From IMG/VR virus record IMGVR_UViG_3300041405_000130: a stretch of 64,000 nucleotides of DNA, one strand, 5' to 3'. This stretch comes from a virus (taxonomy: Duplodnaviria > Heunggongvirae > Uroviricota > Caudoviricetes). This document shows, piece after piece, positions 15,841-25,392 of this stretch; the first letter of the stretch is position 1, and every line of letters begins with the position of its first letter. The notes beneath the pieces were generated by a model. It was not told the origin of the DNA and made no database searches. It saw only the letters and a list, made by a program, of their open reading frames with translations. The position numbers and the translations under genes were made by a program.

Positions 15841-16752
15841 TTATTCTTTATTAAACAGTTCGGCAACAGCCTGACGGAATGCAACCCATTCACCAGTCCA
15901 TACGCCTGTGCGTGCATCAGGAAGACGCCACATCTGATCATTGTAATGCAGGTCAGCATAACGCATTTCTTTCTTCCAACCATTCCGCATTTTACGAAGC
16001 TGTGTAGCACACGAATAACGGACAGCACGATCCCCATCATTCTTGTCGTCAAAGCAGATACCTGGGCCACCATCCAAACGTACACGCAAAGCCTGAGCCG
16101 CTTCAACCAGACGATTCGTAACGTTCTGCCAACGAATGGCACGCTGTTGGATATCCAGATATTCATCCATGCGATAGTTCTGACCACCTGGAGTATGAGA
16201 CATCCACTCAGGGAACAACACAGTCATGTAATGAATCCATGCTGGATCATTGGTCAGTTCTTTATAGCGCTCGAACAGTTGTTCCTTTTTAATGCTTTTC
16301 GCAACTTCATTGCGCTCAACATTTGGAAGAGTCATCGATTCGTCACGGTTGCCTTTCCGCAAAAGAAAGGCTTTCATGGCTACACGAAATTCTTCCCAGA
16401 GTTTGGTATCGTTTTTGCTTTCACCCACAGACCATTCGTCAACAGCAGACCAGATCTTCAACCCATCACACAGAGCACGCCATTTCTTACGGTCAGCACT
16501 GAAAGTACCATGTTCGAGATAGCGCTGCAACAGCCCTACCGGCGTATAACGAATCGGCTTACCCAACTGCCCCACATGAGACACACCTGCTTTCTCTGCT
16601 ATAGACAGGAACACCTTACAGGCGTTGTAGGTGGTTTCTACTCGCTCTTCAATCGGGACGTTCAGATCGTAGCTGATCCCGGTAGGAAAGAAAGATTGAA
16701 ACCATGGTTGGGTTTTGGTCAGGAATACTACGTGACTCATTTGCGAATTCAT
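15841..16752 (-). CDS. Hypothetical protein (303 aa)
   Basis: ORF with coding-like composition. Confidence 0.55.
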   Translation of the reverse strand: MNSQMSHVVFLTKTQPWFQSFFPTGISYDLNVPIEERVETTYNACKVFLSIAEKAGVSHVGQLGKPIRYTPVGLLQRYLEHGTFSADRKKWRALCDGLKIWSAVDEWSVGESKNDTKLWEEFRVAMKAFLLRKGNRDESMTLPNVERNEVAKSIKKEQLFERYKELTNDPAWIHYMTVLFPEWMSHTPGGQNYRMDEYLDIQQRAIRWQNVTNRLVEAAQALRVRLDGGPGICFDDKNDGDRAVRYSCATQLRKMRNGWKKEMRYADLHYNDQMWRLPDARTGVWTGEWVAFRQAVAELFNKE

Positions 16753-17099
16753 TAAAGATAGCCCTTAAGAAGCTGGATTACTTTTTCGAGAGATTCTGGA
16801 TTTACCGGTCCCAAAGGACGAGGGTAAATATCCATTTTCTTTTCTTCTAGGTATTCAACAAAAATAGCCATAGTTGGCTCACCCAAATGCTTCACACGGA
16901 TGATGTCTTCTACAACTTCACCTTTCTTGTTCAAAGACGTATAAACGGTTACAATGAAACACAACCCTCTTACGCAATCGAACATATCAACTTGAGAGAT
17001 GAACTTATTTTTGTTTGCCAGGTGCCACGGTGTATGCTTCGGACCAGATGGGTTAGGAAACTTAGCCATCATGGTTTTCTCTTGAGACGTCATTGCCAT
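16752..17099 (-). CDS. Hypothetical protein (115 aa)
   Basis: ORF. Confidence 0.5.
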   Translation of the reverse strand: MAMTSQEKTMMAKFPNPSGPKHTPWHLANKNKFISQVDMFDCVRGLCFIVTVYTSLNKKGEVVEDIIRVKHLGEPTMAIFVEYLEEKKMDIYPRPLGPVNPESLEKVIQLLKGYL

Positions 17100-17117
17100 A
17101 ACAGTTGAAACCCCTGA

Positions 17118-17144
17118 CGATATAAAGCGAGCCCGAAGGCTCGC
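17118..17144 (-). terminator. Hairpin GCGAGCC-CGAA-GGCTCGC with U-tract on the minus strand
   Basis: Lies directly after the stop of CDS 17148-17537. Confidence 0.55.
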
Positions 17145-17147
17145 CTA

Positions 17148-17537
17148 TTATGCTGCTGTTGCCTGACGATCCAGCAGATAGTTATCACGCACAATGCGCC
17201 ACTGATCTGCAAGATTAATTCGGTTGTAGTTCGACTTCAAGTGTTTCAGGAAATCTTTAGGTGGCCGTGCTGCAAGCCCCTCCAGATCTTCAGGGTCCCA
17301 TGGACTGCCGGTTACCGAGACTTGTGCTGCCAGGCCCAGTTCCAACATCTCCAGAGCTTTCTGCTCCAGGATAGCCTCGCCACGATAGCCAGGCATACCT
17401 GGGAACAGATCCAAGAACTTAGGCCACTGTTCTAGGATGTATTCTTTACGCAAACGCGCCAGTTTCTGATCTTTAGTTTCGACCATGGTCGATTGAATAG
17501 TAGTATTACCCACGACTGTATCCTTGTTTGATTGCAC
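17148..17537 (-). CDS. Hypothetical protein (129 aa)
   Basis: ORF. Confidence 0.5.
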   Translation of the reverse strand: MQSNKDTVVGNTTIQSTMVETKDQKLARLRKEYILEQWPKFLDLFPGMPGYRGEAILEQKALEMLELGLAAQVSVTGSPWDPEDLEGLAARPPKDFLKHLKSNYNRINLADQWRIVRDNYLLDRQATAA

Positions 17538-17985
17538 CTACGAATGGTTCGCCAGACAAATGGAAGTTCTGACACACCATTGGTTTAAAACGTAGATTTA
17601 AACTTGCATGCATATCGACTTTATACAAAGACAATGTGTGCGTGCAGGTTCGCACTCCTTCATTGGAATGACCTGGATCGAATGGGTAACGCTCCATCAA
17701 CTTGCGCATCTCAGGAATGATGAAATCGATGATCCACTGGTTATGATCCAGTTGACCACCAAACTGAGTAATAGTTGGTAGGCGTGCCCACTGCTGCAAA
17801 TCACTTGCACCACGCAAATCGAAGTACCAACTATCATCCGGATCATCGGAATGATGGCCAAACAACATGAACGTCTTGTTGTCAGCCTTGCGTACTACTT
17901 CGACAACATAGAACGATTCATTTACCATCTTTCTTCTCCTCAGACACATGCCACACGATTTCGGATTTTGTAACCAGAGCATCAC
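17506..17985 (-). CDS. Hypothetical protein (159 aa)
   Basis: ORF. Confidence 0.5.
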   Translation of the reverse strand: MMLWLQNPKSCGMCLRRRKMVNESFYVVEVVRKADNKTFMLFGHHSDDPDDSWYFDLRGASDLQQWARLPTITQFGGQLDHNQWIIDFIIPEMRKLMERYPFDPGHSNEGVRTCTHTLSLYKVDMHASLNLRFKPMVCQNFHLSGEPFVGAIKQGYSRG

Positions 17986-18466
17986 GACCGATATAATCGA
18001 CCGTTACCACACCCGCCTTGTTAATCTGCACATGCAGAATATCAGAACGGCTATGGATGGCAAGTTCTTTCAGTGTCCGCACATAACGTGGACGACAATC
18101 ATACAACACACCATCTTCACCGCCGACACCATCATCGGTATCTTCGAGATCAATAAAGAACTCTTTGGTATTGGGGTAGATGTCGTACGTGTTAAAACGA
18201 TCGTCAATAATGAATGCCTCGACACATGCCCCGAGACCCGAACCATTAGTGAGATATACATTCTCCAAAGTAAACACACGTTTTACTTTGCGGTCGCTTT
18301 TACACCAGATGATGAAAGCAATCACCACCGGAATAAACCAAATAACCCCCCAGGTTATTAATCGCAGGAGTGGTTGGCCTTTATCAGTGATCAGCACATT
18401 ACAAACTATATTCAGAGAAGTCCATTGCCAAACAACTACAAATAAAAAGAACAGTACACCGCGCAT
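17918..18466 (-). CDS. Membrane-anchored protein (182 aa)
   Basis: Two N-terminal TM helices. Confidence 0.5.
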   Translation of the reverse strand: MRGVLFFLFVVVWQWTSLNIVCNVLITDKGQPLLRLITWGVIWFIPVVIAFIIWCKSDRKVKRVFTLENVYLTNGSGLGACVEAFIIDDRFNTYDIYPNTKEFFIDLEDTDDGVGGEDGVLYDCRPRYVRTLKELAIHSRSDILHVQINKAGVVTVDYIGRDALVTKSEIVWHVSEEKKDGK

Positions 18467-18475
18467 AACTTCCCC

Positions 18476-18640
18476 TTAAGCTGCCAAAGTGGCGCCAATC
18501 AAAACTGCAGTGGTAAAACCCATCAGCAATGCGCTGTATTTAGTATTATCGTGTCTCGGCCCATAAGCCATCAGTGATGCAACCGTGCTACCAAATGCAA
18601 CAACGGTAAGTATCCCAAACAAACCTGCAACCAAACCCAT
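18476..18640 (-). CDS. Small two-helix membrane protein (~54 aa)
   Basis: Below the ORF-track threshold; MGLVAGLFGILTVVAFG... Confidence 0.35.
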   Translation of the reverse strand: MGLVAGLFGILTVVAFGSTVASLMAYGPRHDNTKYSALLMGFTTAVLIGATLAA

Positions 18641-18680
18641 AGCTTATTTCCTAAGATGGCATAAGGGTAAGCCCGAAGGC

Positions 18681-18977
18681 CTACCCTTTAAAGTCGATTT
18701 CAAACACAGCGTCTGAACTTCGGCGTTGGATGTTCCACAACAGAATGTAGTATTCTCCAGGAGGCTGTTTCAGCTTCTGTAGAAACTTGGTGACTTCAGC
18801 AGGCTCATTTGCATAACCTGATGCCATCATCATACCGACATGGTAATCCGCTGTATCAGCGAGGGTGTTAGAAGTACCCTTAGGGCACCACAACAGTTTC
18901 TTCACCTTGGACGCTTCGCACACTTGACCGATCGGATCAGCACCCAACCGGTCACGACTTAGTCGCACACAGTGCAT
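18681..18977 (-). CDS. Hypothetical protein (98 aa)
   Basis: ORF. Confidence 0.45.
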   Translation of the reverse strand: MHCVRLSRDRLGADPIGQVCEASKVKKLLWCPKGTSNTLADTADYHVGMMMASGYANEPAEVTKFLQKLKQPPGEYYILLWNIQRRSSDAVFEIDFKG

Positions 18978-19375
18978 TAGGCTTTGCCCCGTTCCATGGA
19001 CAGACCTTCTACACGCTGACGACGAGTGACGTCACCATTGACAGCCACGATAGCTTCGTCTTTGGTGATGACCACAAAGTCACCGATGGTAAACATCGAG
19101 TATTCAGCCAATGTGGCTTGATCGATGTTCTTACCACTACGCAGGATCTTGATCAGATCACGCACGGTGGCTGCAGCGTGTTGGTTACCCAGGCATGCTA
19201 CGGCTTGAACGGTTTTGCCTTCGAACTTAGCGTCGTCCGGAGTTTGGAACCATTCGTTGAATTCTTGCGATTCCTCGTTAGAGGTGATCGAGAACTGGTC
19301 AGCGGTTACTTTCAGCAGATAGTGGTGTGTCGACTGATTGAACAGCTTCATGTTTAGAGTTTCAGTTGGGGACAT
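18977..19375 (-). CDS. Hypothetical protein (132 aa)
   Basis: ORF. Confidence 0.5.
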   Translation of the reverse strand: MSPTETLNMKLFNQSTHHYLLKVTADQFSITSNEESQEFNEWFQTPDDAKFEGKTVQAVACLGNQHAAATVRDLIKILRSGKNIDQATLAEYSMFTIGDFVVITKDEAIVAVNGDVTRRQRVEGLSMERGKA

Positions 19376-19736
19376 CTTTTACTTCCTTCTTGACGTAATA
19401 CGGCAAACATGCCACAGGTTCATTTTCAAAGGTTTGAACAACCAGCAAGTGATACCTGCCGATTGGTACATTCGAGACAGCAGTGCTACCGATTTCGATC
19501 ATCGCTCTGCGGGCTTGTTGGAAGTCCATGAAGTAAACACGTTCAATGGGTTCACCAAGCTTCACAAAATGTGCTTTCCGCGTAGATCTAAATCGGGAAT
19601 ACACTTTACCAACAACGCGAGCATATTCGTAAAGCGGATTACTCGATTCATCCGCTAACACGATGTAATACTTGCGTCCCCAGTTTACGTTCTGCCTTTG
19701 GTCAGACTTGTAGTCCCACGGGTTCGGCATACACAT
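19362..19736 (-). CDS. Hypothetical protein (124 aa)
   Basis: ORF. Confidence 0.5.
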   Translation of the reverse strand: MCMPNPWDYKSDQRQNVNWGRKYYIVLADESSNPLYEYARVVGKVYSRFRSTRKAHFVKLGEPIERVYFMDFQQARRAMIEIGSTAVSNVPIGRYHLLVVQTFENEPVACLPYYVKKEVKDVPN

Positions 19737-19962
19737 ACCCTTCAGCTACGGGTTCCATCATTGCTTCTGTGACAGGAGCATTCCGATAGGGTTCGCCAAA
19801 TACACGAACACCATACGGTTCTTCTTTGGATGGGTCGTACGACATGATTCGAACAACCATGCCTTTAGAGGCATATACAACTTGCCCCACACCGGGTTTG
19901 TTAATGAACACGTCAGTATTCAACATGACATATTCACAAACTTTAAATTTACGATCAGCCAT
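19702..19962 (-). CDS. Hypothetical protein (86 aa; start moved to ATG 19962)
   Basis: GAGG RBS; a longer N-terminus would overlap the upstream gene. Confidence 0.45.
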   Translation of the reverse strand: MADRKFKVCEYVMLNTDVFINKPGVGQVVYASKGMVVRIMSYDPSKEEPYGVRVFGEPYRNAPVTEAMMEPVAEGYVYAEPVGLQV

Positions 19963-19969
19963 TGCAACC

Positions 19970-20593
19970 TCAGTGCAGATAACGAGCCAGACTCTGGCGC
20001 GCTGGATGTTCATCAAATTTGATCTTGGCGCCGAATGGTTCAGTTTCCAAAATCGTTTGCGGCGAATGAGAGTACCCCTCATCCCATGGAAGTTTTCCAT
20101 CAGCGTCCTGGAAAACCAGCTGCACTATTTTAGCGTTAGCCCGTTCTTCTTCGGTATAGAAGGCTGCATGCTGCCAACCTTGCCCAGCAAACCAACGATC
20201 TTTATCAACCACCCGCAAATGCAAGCGGTGGTGAGGTTCAATCGGAGCTGCTGTTGTATAACCGCGATGTTGAACAGCAAAGGCATAGAAGTCTTCAAGA
20301 TCCACATCACCATCGATGAGTTCTTTATTCCATTCCAGATAAGCCAGGATGTCGCCGATGTAACTGCGGGCACGACCCAGTTCTATATCTGAAAGATTCA
20401 TACCAATCACAATATCGGGTTGCCCATAGCGAGCGTTACCGATGGTTGCGATTACAGGAGGGAGATCGGTATCACGACCACTCTCAATGAATTCCCACTT
20501 AGCCTCACCGAGATTATCTCGGATCTGCTCCACAGCCATCAAACGAATTTCAGCAATACCATCCTTACTGTGAAAATGGGTGTAAGACAACAT
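19970..20593 (-). CDS. Hypothetical protein (207 aa)
   Basis: ORF. Confidence 0.55.
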   Translation of the reverse strand: MLSYTHFHSKDGIAEIRLMAVEQIRDNLGEAKWEFIESGRDTDLPPVIATIGNARYGQPDIVIGMNLSDIELGRARSYIGDILAYLEWNKELIDGDVDLEDFYAFAVQHRGYTTAAPIEPHHRLHLRVVDKDRWFAGQGWQHAAFYTEEERANAKIVQLVFQDADGKLPWDEGYSHSPQTILETEPFGAKIKFDEHPARQSLARYLH

Positions 20594-20602
20594 TACTCGC
20601 CC

Positions 20603-20950
20603 TCAGTTTAGGAGACAGTAGTCCGTATCATTAGAGACACGAATCTCTGCCTCGACTCTTTTAGAATCTTTCATTGTGTTAAGTGGTATTTCAATCAACT
20701 TGATATCCGGCTCCCACGCGTATTGCGCTTGCAGCTTTTTACATGGGTGCTTTCCAGCTCGCAACTGTGCAATCTGTTTATCCACCTCGGCGCTCACAGT
20801 ACGGGAATGCCCTGTGATGAACCAACCACTGGAGATGTGATCGATTACATAAGCGCCTTGGGTTACTAACATGCTACGGGCTCCACGACCATGAACCGTC
20901 GAAGACCACGAATATGACTTTTCTTCTATCTTGTACATCACGCACTCCAA
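20603..20950 (-). CDS. Hypothetical protein (115 aa)
   Basis: ORF. Confidence 0.5.
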   Translation of the reverse strand: MECVMYKIEEKSYSWSSTVHGRGARSMLVTQGAYVIDHISSGWFITGHSRTVSAEVDKQIAQLRAGKHPCKKLQAQYAWEPDIKLIEIPLNTMKDSKRVEAEIRVSNDTDYCLLN

Positions 20951-20978
20951 TAATCACATTGGATTTAGGGTGCGAGTA

Positions 20979-21416
20979 TTACTTAGCAGCCAATTGCTTA
21001 GAATGCTCGGATGGTCGCAGCAGTTTGTTAGCCCAGTCCAGGAAAGCGCTAACCAGTGGCACAGAGCTCACCAGGCGCTCTTCTACGAGACGTTCGCGCG
21101 CATCTGGAATGATGGGTGCTTCGTCGGGTGTAGTTGGCACAGCGTCCAGCTGAAGGCTTTTCAGATGTTCGATAAAAGCGAACCGTTTTTCCAGGTAAAT
21201 AACCCGAGACGGCGAACAGTTGTCTTCGAATGCCCACAGATACAGTTCTTGCAGGTTAACGGCTTTTGGAAAGCCAGGAACATGTTCTTTACGGAATTGA
21301 TCCAGCGACAAAAGCTTGATCAATGTATCTTGATCAGCTTGACCAGGAATGTACGGGTGTGGTACCAAATGACTTTTGCAAACTTCACGGACTTTGTTAT
21401 TGAGTTCATTAGCCAT
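20979..21416 (-). CDS. Hypothetical protein (145 aa; start at ATG 21416)
   Basis: ORF; the alternative longer start would overlap the upstream gene. Confidence 0.5.
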   Translation of the reverse strand: MANELNNKVREVCKSHLVPHPYIPGQADQDTLIKLLSLDQFRKEHVPGFPKAVNLQELYLWAFEDNCSPSRVIYLEKRFAFIEHLKSLQLDAVPTTPDEAPIIPDARERLVEERLVSSVPLVSAFLDWANKLLRPSEHSKQLAAK

Positions 21417-21633
21417 GTTGCACTTGATCCTTAGTAACGTAAAAGTCAACCCCTGCAGCGTTCTTGACGTTGAGGGTATCGCCCAGGTCTTCCAGCAGTT
21501 CCAAAGCATCACCTTTGTGTGCCAAGGTACAACCGCCTTCCATCTCTCCAAAAGAGAACTTGATGTCTTCTTTAGCTGTTAATGTCATTCGCCCAGAGAT
21601 CCTTGTTAAAACCGCCAGTGTTGTGCTCGACAC
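21409..21633 (-). CDS. Hypothetical protein (74 aa)
   Basis: ORF. Confidence 0.45.
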   Translation of the reverse strand: MSSTTLAVLTRISGRMTLTAKEDIKFSFGEMEGGCTLAHKGDALELLEDLGDTLNVKNAAGVDFYVTKDQVQHG

Positions 21634-21919
21634 CCGACTTGGAAATCAGCATTTCGATTTCCGCATGGATGTCGGCCAGTTGGTAGATCAAATCAGCACG
21701 GCGCAGTTTCTCCGCAGAGAAGCCAGCAACGCGTTCCGCTTGGAATGCCAGATGGAAAATGGATTCAGCGGTTTGGCCAGTGGTATCGATACCTACCCGA
21801 CTGATGATGCGCACAGTCTTCAGGTAAGTGAGGGTATGGATATTCTTGTTCAGATAATCCACTTCCAGATCGATACCGTAAACCTGACTGATGTATTCTT
21901 GAATGTTATCAAATTGCAT
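21572..21919 (-). CDS. Hypothetical protein (115 aa)
   Basis: ORF. Confidence 0.5.
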   Translation of the reverse strand: MQFDNIQEYISQVYGIDLEVDYLNKNIHTLTYLKTVRIISRVGIDTTGQTAESIFHLAFQAERVAGFSAEKLRRADLIYQLADIHAEIEMLISKSGVEHNTGGFNKDLWANDINS

Positions 21920-22203
21920 TATTTGTACTCGTTGAAGGTGTCTTCTAGGTCGTTGGGATTTACAGAGCCGACTTCACCGAAGTTGTCGACATTAGAACAA
22001 ACAAACAAATCGCCAGGTCGAAGATCATCGGGATGTTCGATCTTGATCTGGTCGCCTTCGTTTGCATACGGGATGTCATGATGTTGGCCGTTGCGATCCA
22101 AGATAGTGATGAAGATATCACGGGCAGCGGTTAGAACCATTCCCGGTTCTACTTTGGCAGCCGCGATTCCACATACAGCTACGCGCAGTAGAGTACCGAT
22201 CAT
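21919..22203 (-). CDS. Hypothetical protein (94 aa)
   Basis: ORF. Confidence 0.5.
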   Translation of the reverse strand: MIGTLLRVAVCGIAAAKVEPGMVLTAARDIFITILDRNGQHHDIPYANEGDQIKIEHPDDLRPGDLFVCSNVDNFGEVGSVNPNDLEDTFNEYK

Positions 22204-22288
22204 GTTTTGTCTCCTTAGTATGTTGTTGCTAAGTTGTTATTTGCTACTCCCATGTCTAAGGAGTAATGTAAAGCTGTAATTTTTTGCA

Positions 22289-22312
22289 ACATAAAAGAGT
22301 CCCCGAAGGGAC
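22289..22312 (-). terminator. Hairpin GTCCC-CGAA-GGGAC with U-tract on minus
   Basis: After the stop of CDS 22318-22779. Confidence 0.45.
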
Positions 22313-22317
22313 CCCAT

Positions 22318-22779
22318 TTAGTCGAACTGCAATTTCAAACCAACAACCGGACTTTCCCGGTCAACGTGGATGGTACAGTAGCCAGTAGTCGGATCAAGCA
22401 CGAGGTGGAAACCCCAACGCAACCCACACAACTTAGTCACATGACCAATTTCAATCTTTGCCTTGCCTTTGCTGACATAGGCTGGATCTTGCAGAACCGT
22501 CGGTGCCATCTTGGTGATGTTGTGCACTTGCAGGTTATCGCCGCGGTCGATGTAAGCAATTGCTTTTACCGACAACGTTTTGGACTTTCCATTGTTCTGA
22601 CACAACGCGTACAGGTCAACCGGTTCATCACCAGTTACTTTAACGTAACCAGTTTCAACAATATCTCCACTCGGCAGACTTACTCGCTGAGGCATGGATT
22701 GTTGATGTTGAACGAAAAGATGACCGTTGGTGTTTCGTTGCAGTACAGGGAATTGTCCCGGACTAAGTTTTTCTGACAT
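22318..22779 (-). CDS. Hypothetical protein (153 aa)
   Basis: ORF. Confidence 0.55.
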   Translation of the reverse strand: MSEKLSPGQFPVLQRNTNGHLFVQHQQSMPQRVSLPSGDIVETGYVKVTGDEPVDLYALCQNNGKSKTLSVKAIAYIDRGDNLQVHNITKMAPTVLQDPAYVSKGKAKIEIGHVTKLCGLRWGFHLVLDPTTGYCTIHVDRESPVVGLKLQFD

Positions 22780-22884
22780 GCGATGTTCCTCACGAACGTT
22801 GACGATACGACGATACCGAGTGTCATTACGACACCTAAGAGGAATGTGATCTCGCTGAGTAGCGGGGCATTCACTTTACCTCAC

Positions 22885-23298
22885 TTACGCTTTGCTCCAT
22901 TTAAGCTTTGCGATCGGCTTAGAAAGATTGGTTTGTTCAAAGCGTGTAATACGCTGACCTACCATTCTGATTTGCAGCCGGAAGAACAAGATCTCTTCAG
23001 AGCTTCGTAGGATTGGGTTCAGTAATGCAGCATCCCCCGGCGTATGGTATCGCACGACACCGTTAGTGATCGTGATATAGAAGTCATTCAATCCAGCATT
23101 AAGCTTCTTACCACCATCCTCAGCGGTAAGCTTATGGTTTTCAACAACACGTTGATTGCCATACATCGTGGTAATGTCGACAGAATCGAAGTTCATTACC
23201 AGCACAGGTTTGCTGAGCCATTTAAGCAAGCACCACAAACCTACAAATGCTCCAAATACAAGCAGAGCCAATTTAGTTGCATCAACCTCAAACATCAT
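22885..23298 (-). CDS. Membrane-anchored protein (137 aa)
   Basis: N-terminal TM. Confidence 0.5.
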   Translation of the reverse strand: MMFEVDATKLALLVFGAFVGLWCLLKWLSKPVLVMNFDSVDITTMYGNQRVVENHKLTAEDGGKKLNAGLNDFYITITNGVVRYHTPGDAALLNPILRSSEEILFFRLQIRMVGQRITRFEQTNLSKPIAKLKWSKA

Positions 23299-23621
23299 GC
23301 CTCCTCAACGTACGCCTTAGTTGCTTTTATAGTGTTCGCTACGGAGTGACCTTTCGGTATTTCTAGTTCCAAAAGATCTTCTCCTGTAGCTAGACTTCGT
23401 ACGCTTTCCAACGTTCCATCCAGACCGATATTAAACTCTACCGCTCCAGATGGGTGAACACCAAGTGAGCGCCAAGATACCAAATCCGAATCAATAATGA
23501 AGTGCCGCAATTTACCTAAGAATTCAGTAACCCACACATTGCCGCATTTGATCAACTTGACGCCCACGATTGCCGCTCCTATGTTATTCGTGTTTTGCCA
23601 TTTCGTCACGCAAGAGGTCAC
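23295..23621 (-). CDS. Hypothetical protein (108 aa)
   Basis: ORF. Confidence 0.45.
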   Translation of the reverse strand: MTSCVTKWQNTNNIGAAIVGVKLIKCGNVWVTEFLGKLRHFIIDSDLVSWRSLGVHPSGAVEFNIGLDGTLESVRSLATGEDLLELEIPKGHSVANTIKATKAYVEEA

Positions 23622-24009
23622 CCAATGTACGTGCTGGCTTTTTCTTTACTATAAGATCACCGAACTCAAGTTCTTTTGCCACAGTTTCGAGTTCTTTCAG
23701 ATCAGTCAAAACAGTCTCAAACATCTGCTTGCGCCCGGTCATAACAGAGACCGGACCAGATGCAGCATTCCCTTCTTCCAGAAGCGCAATGGCCACAGTG
23801 TAGTCATTGATTTCTTTTTGAATCATCTTGGTGGTATAGCCACCACCCCAACGGAAACGCAGGTTCATGCCACCAACCCGTGATTCCGGAAAACGCTTCA
23901 GCAACGCACCGAAGTGTTCTTGTGGAACGTAGAAGCCAAAAGCACGATACATCGCAACGATGTTTTTGAAATCGGCTTTTGGTGGGAGGCTATAATTCAA
24001 CAGATCCAT
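23584..24009 (-). CDS. Hypothetical protein (141 aa)
   Basis: ORF. Confidence 0.5.
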   Translation of the reverse strand: MDLLNYSLPPKADFKNIVAMYRAFGFYVPQEHFGALLKRFPESRVGGMNLRFRWGGGYTTKMIQKEINDYTVAIALLEEGNAASGPVSVMTGRKQMFETVLTDLKELETVAKELEFGDLIVKKKPARTLGDLLRDEMAKHE

Positions 24010-24012
24010 CGT

Positions 24013-24462
24013 TTAATCCTTAGGCACGAATGCTTTGTAGTGCTTCATTTTGTAAAGCATCGGTGTGAACTCACGACCAAACCGGTGCTTGTAGAGAGGG
24101 TTCTTCAAATCACAGTTATCATTCATCCAAGCCAATGCACGCTCCTGAATGTCCTGGATAGATCTGCCCATTACCAATACGTGTGCAGTCCTATATTGGT
24201 ATTTGGCTTCAGCATTCCAAGCTTCGTTAGCGACACACACGGCTACTTCGAATACACCGTAACCACCAAAGCCATCGTACTGGCAGTTTTGCCAAGTAAG
24301 ATCTTGAGGTTCGATGATCAGAAGATCACTGTACGTATAAGCTGTGCGAATACGGATATCCGACATACTGGTCTTGCTTTCAATCTCATCCAAGTGGTAT
24401 TCTTGGGAGATCACATAACGCCGTAGATCACGCAGTTCCTGCATGTGCTTCATTCCTTTCAC
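24013..24462 (-). CDS. Hypothetical protein (149 aa)
   Basis: ORF. Confidence 0.5.
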   Translation of the reverse strand: MKGMKHMQELRDLRRYVISQEYHLDEIESKTSMSDIRIRTAYTYSDLLIIEPQDLTWQNCQYDGFGGYGVFEVAVCVANEAWNAEAKYQYRTAHVLVMGRSIQDIQERALAWMNDNCDLKNPLYKHRFGREFTPMLYKMKHYKAFVPKD

Positions 24463-25165
24463 GGAGATCTTTCAACATGGCGATACCAGCCGCATCCCAC
24501 AAGTTGAAAGCGCAGATGGTAGCCGAGTAATGCAACACATCGGAAGTATGAGGGTTGGCACGAGAAGCATGGACGTTAACGATTTCTTCGTGTTCTTCAA
24601 TCGCGGTGATTTGGAACCCAGCAGCCCGTAGACGAGTCAAACCGTCATAGACCATAACCAGTTCTTCTTCTACCATGTTATCGGTGTAGCGAGAGATCTG
24701 TGCCAGCATATCTTCCCACGTGATGTAACCAACACGACCAGTCGATACTTGAGTGGTGTTGATCGGCCACGGCAAGAAACACGACGCATAGGCATCATAG
24801 AGCTCATCACGCTTATGCAGTGATTTACGTTTACGTTCTACATCAGCATGGGTTTCAGCACGTTGTACAACTTTGAATGGCGTGCAAGCATTGCCATTCT
24901 CAGTAATACCATGATAACCGATCTCATCACGAGCATTACCCATCATTTCGCTGTTAGCCAAACCTTGAGCAAACTGTTCAGCTTCTTTAGGGCTGTCAAA
25001 ACGAATCACCCGAGAATCCAGCGTATTGAAACGAGTTACATGCCGGTCCTGCTCCCAGAAATGTTCATGCATCCCCAGTGAACCAAACTCGTTCACATAA
25101 GCGCGGGAACGCATTGAGTTTTCACTACGAATCGGAGTATCGATGTAAACTACACATTGAGTCAT
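24428..25165 (-). CDS. Hypothetical protein (245 aa)
   Basis: ORF. Confidence 0.55.
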   Translation of the reverse strand: MTQCVVYIDTPIRSENSMRSRAYVNEFGSLGMHEHFWEQDRHVTRFNTLDSRVIRFDSPKEAEQFAQGLANSEMMGNARDEIGYHGITENGNACTPFKVVQRAETHADVERKRKSLHKRDELYDAYASCFLPWPINTTQVSTGRVGYITWEDMLAQISRYTDNMVEEELVMVYDGLTRLRAAGFQITAIEEHEEIVNVHASRANPHTSDVLHYSATICAFNLWDAAGIAMLKDLRERNEAHAGTA

Positions 25166-25167
25166 TC

Positions 25168-25392
25168 TTAAAGTACCTTGTTATTTTCTTTATCAAACAG
25201 CACGTTAACGCTGAAGAAGCTAGATACGGTGAACCGGTGTGGCCAACCGAGTGGTTTTGGATCAGGTGTGACGGTGTCATCAATGACAAAGCCCACCACG
25301 TTATTTTCAACCCTTACCAGACGATCCGGCATGTAAACTTTAGGGCCGAACTTCGGGCACGTATCATACACACCGTCAGCTAGATTGTGCAT
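25168..25392 (-). CDS. Hypothetical protein (74 aa)
   Basis: ORF. Confidence 0.4.
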   Translation of the reverse strand: MHNLADGVYDTCPKFGPKVYMPDRLVRVENNVVGFVIDDTVTPDPKPLGWPHRFTVSSFFSVNVLFDKENNKVL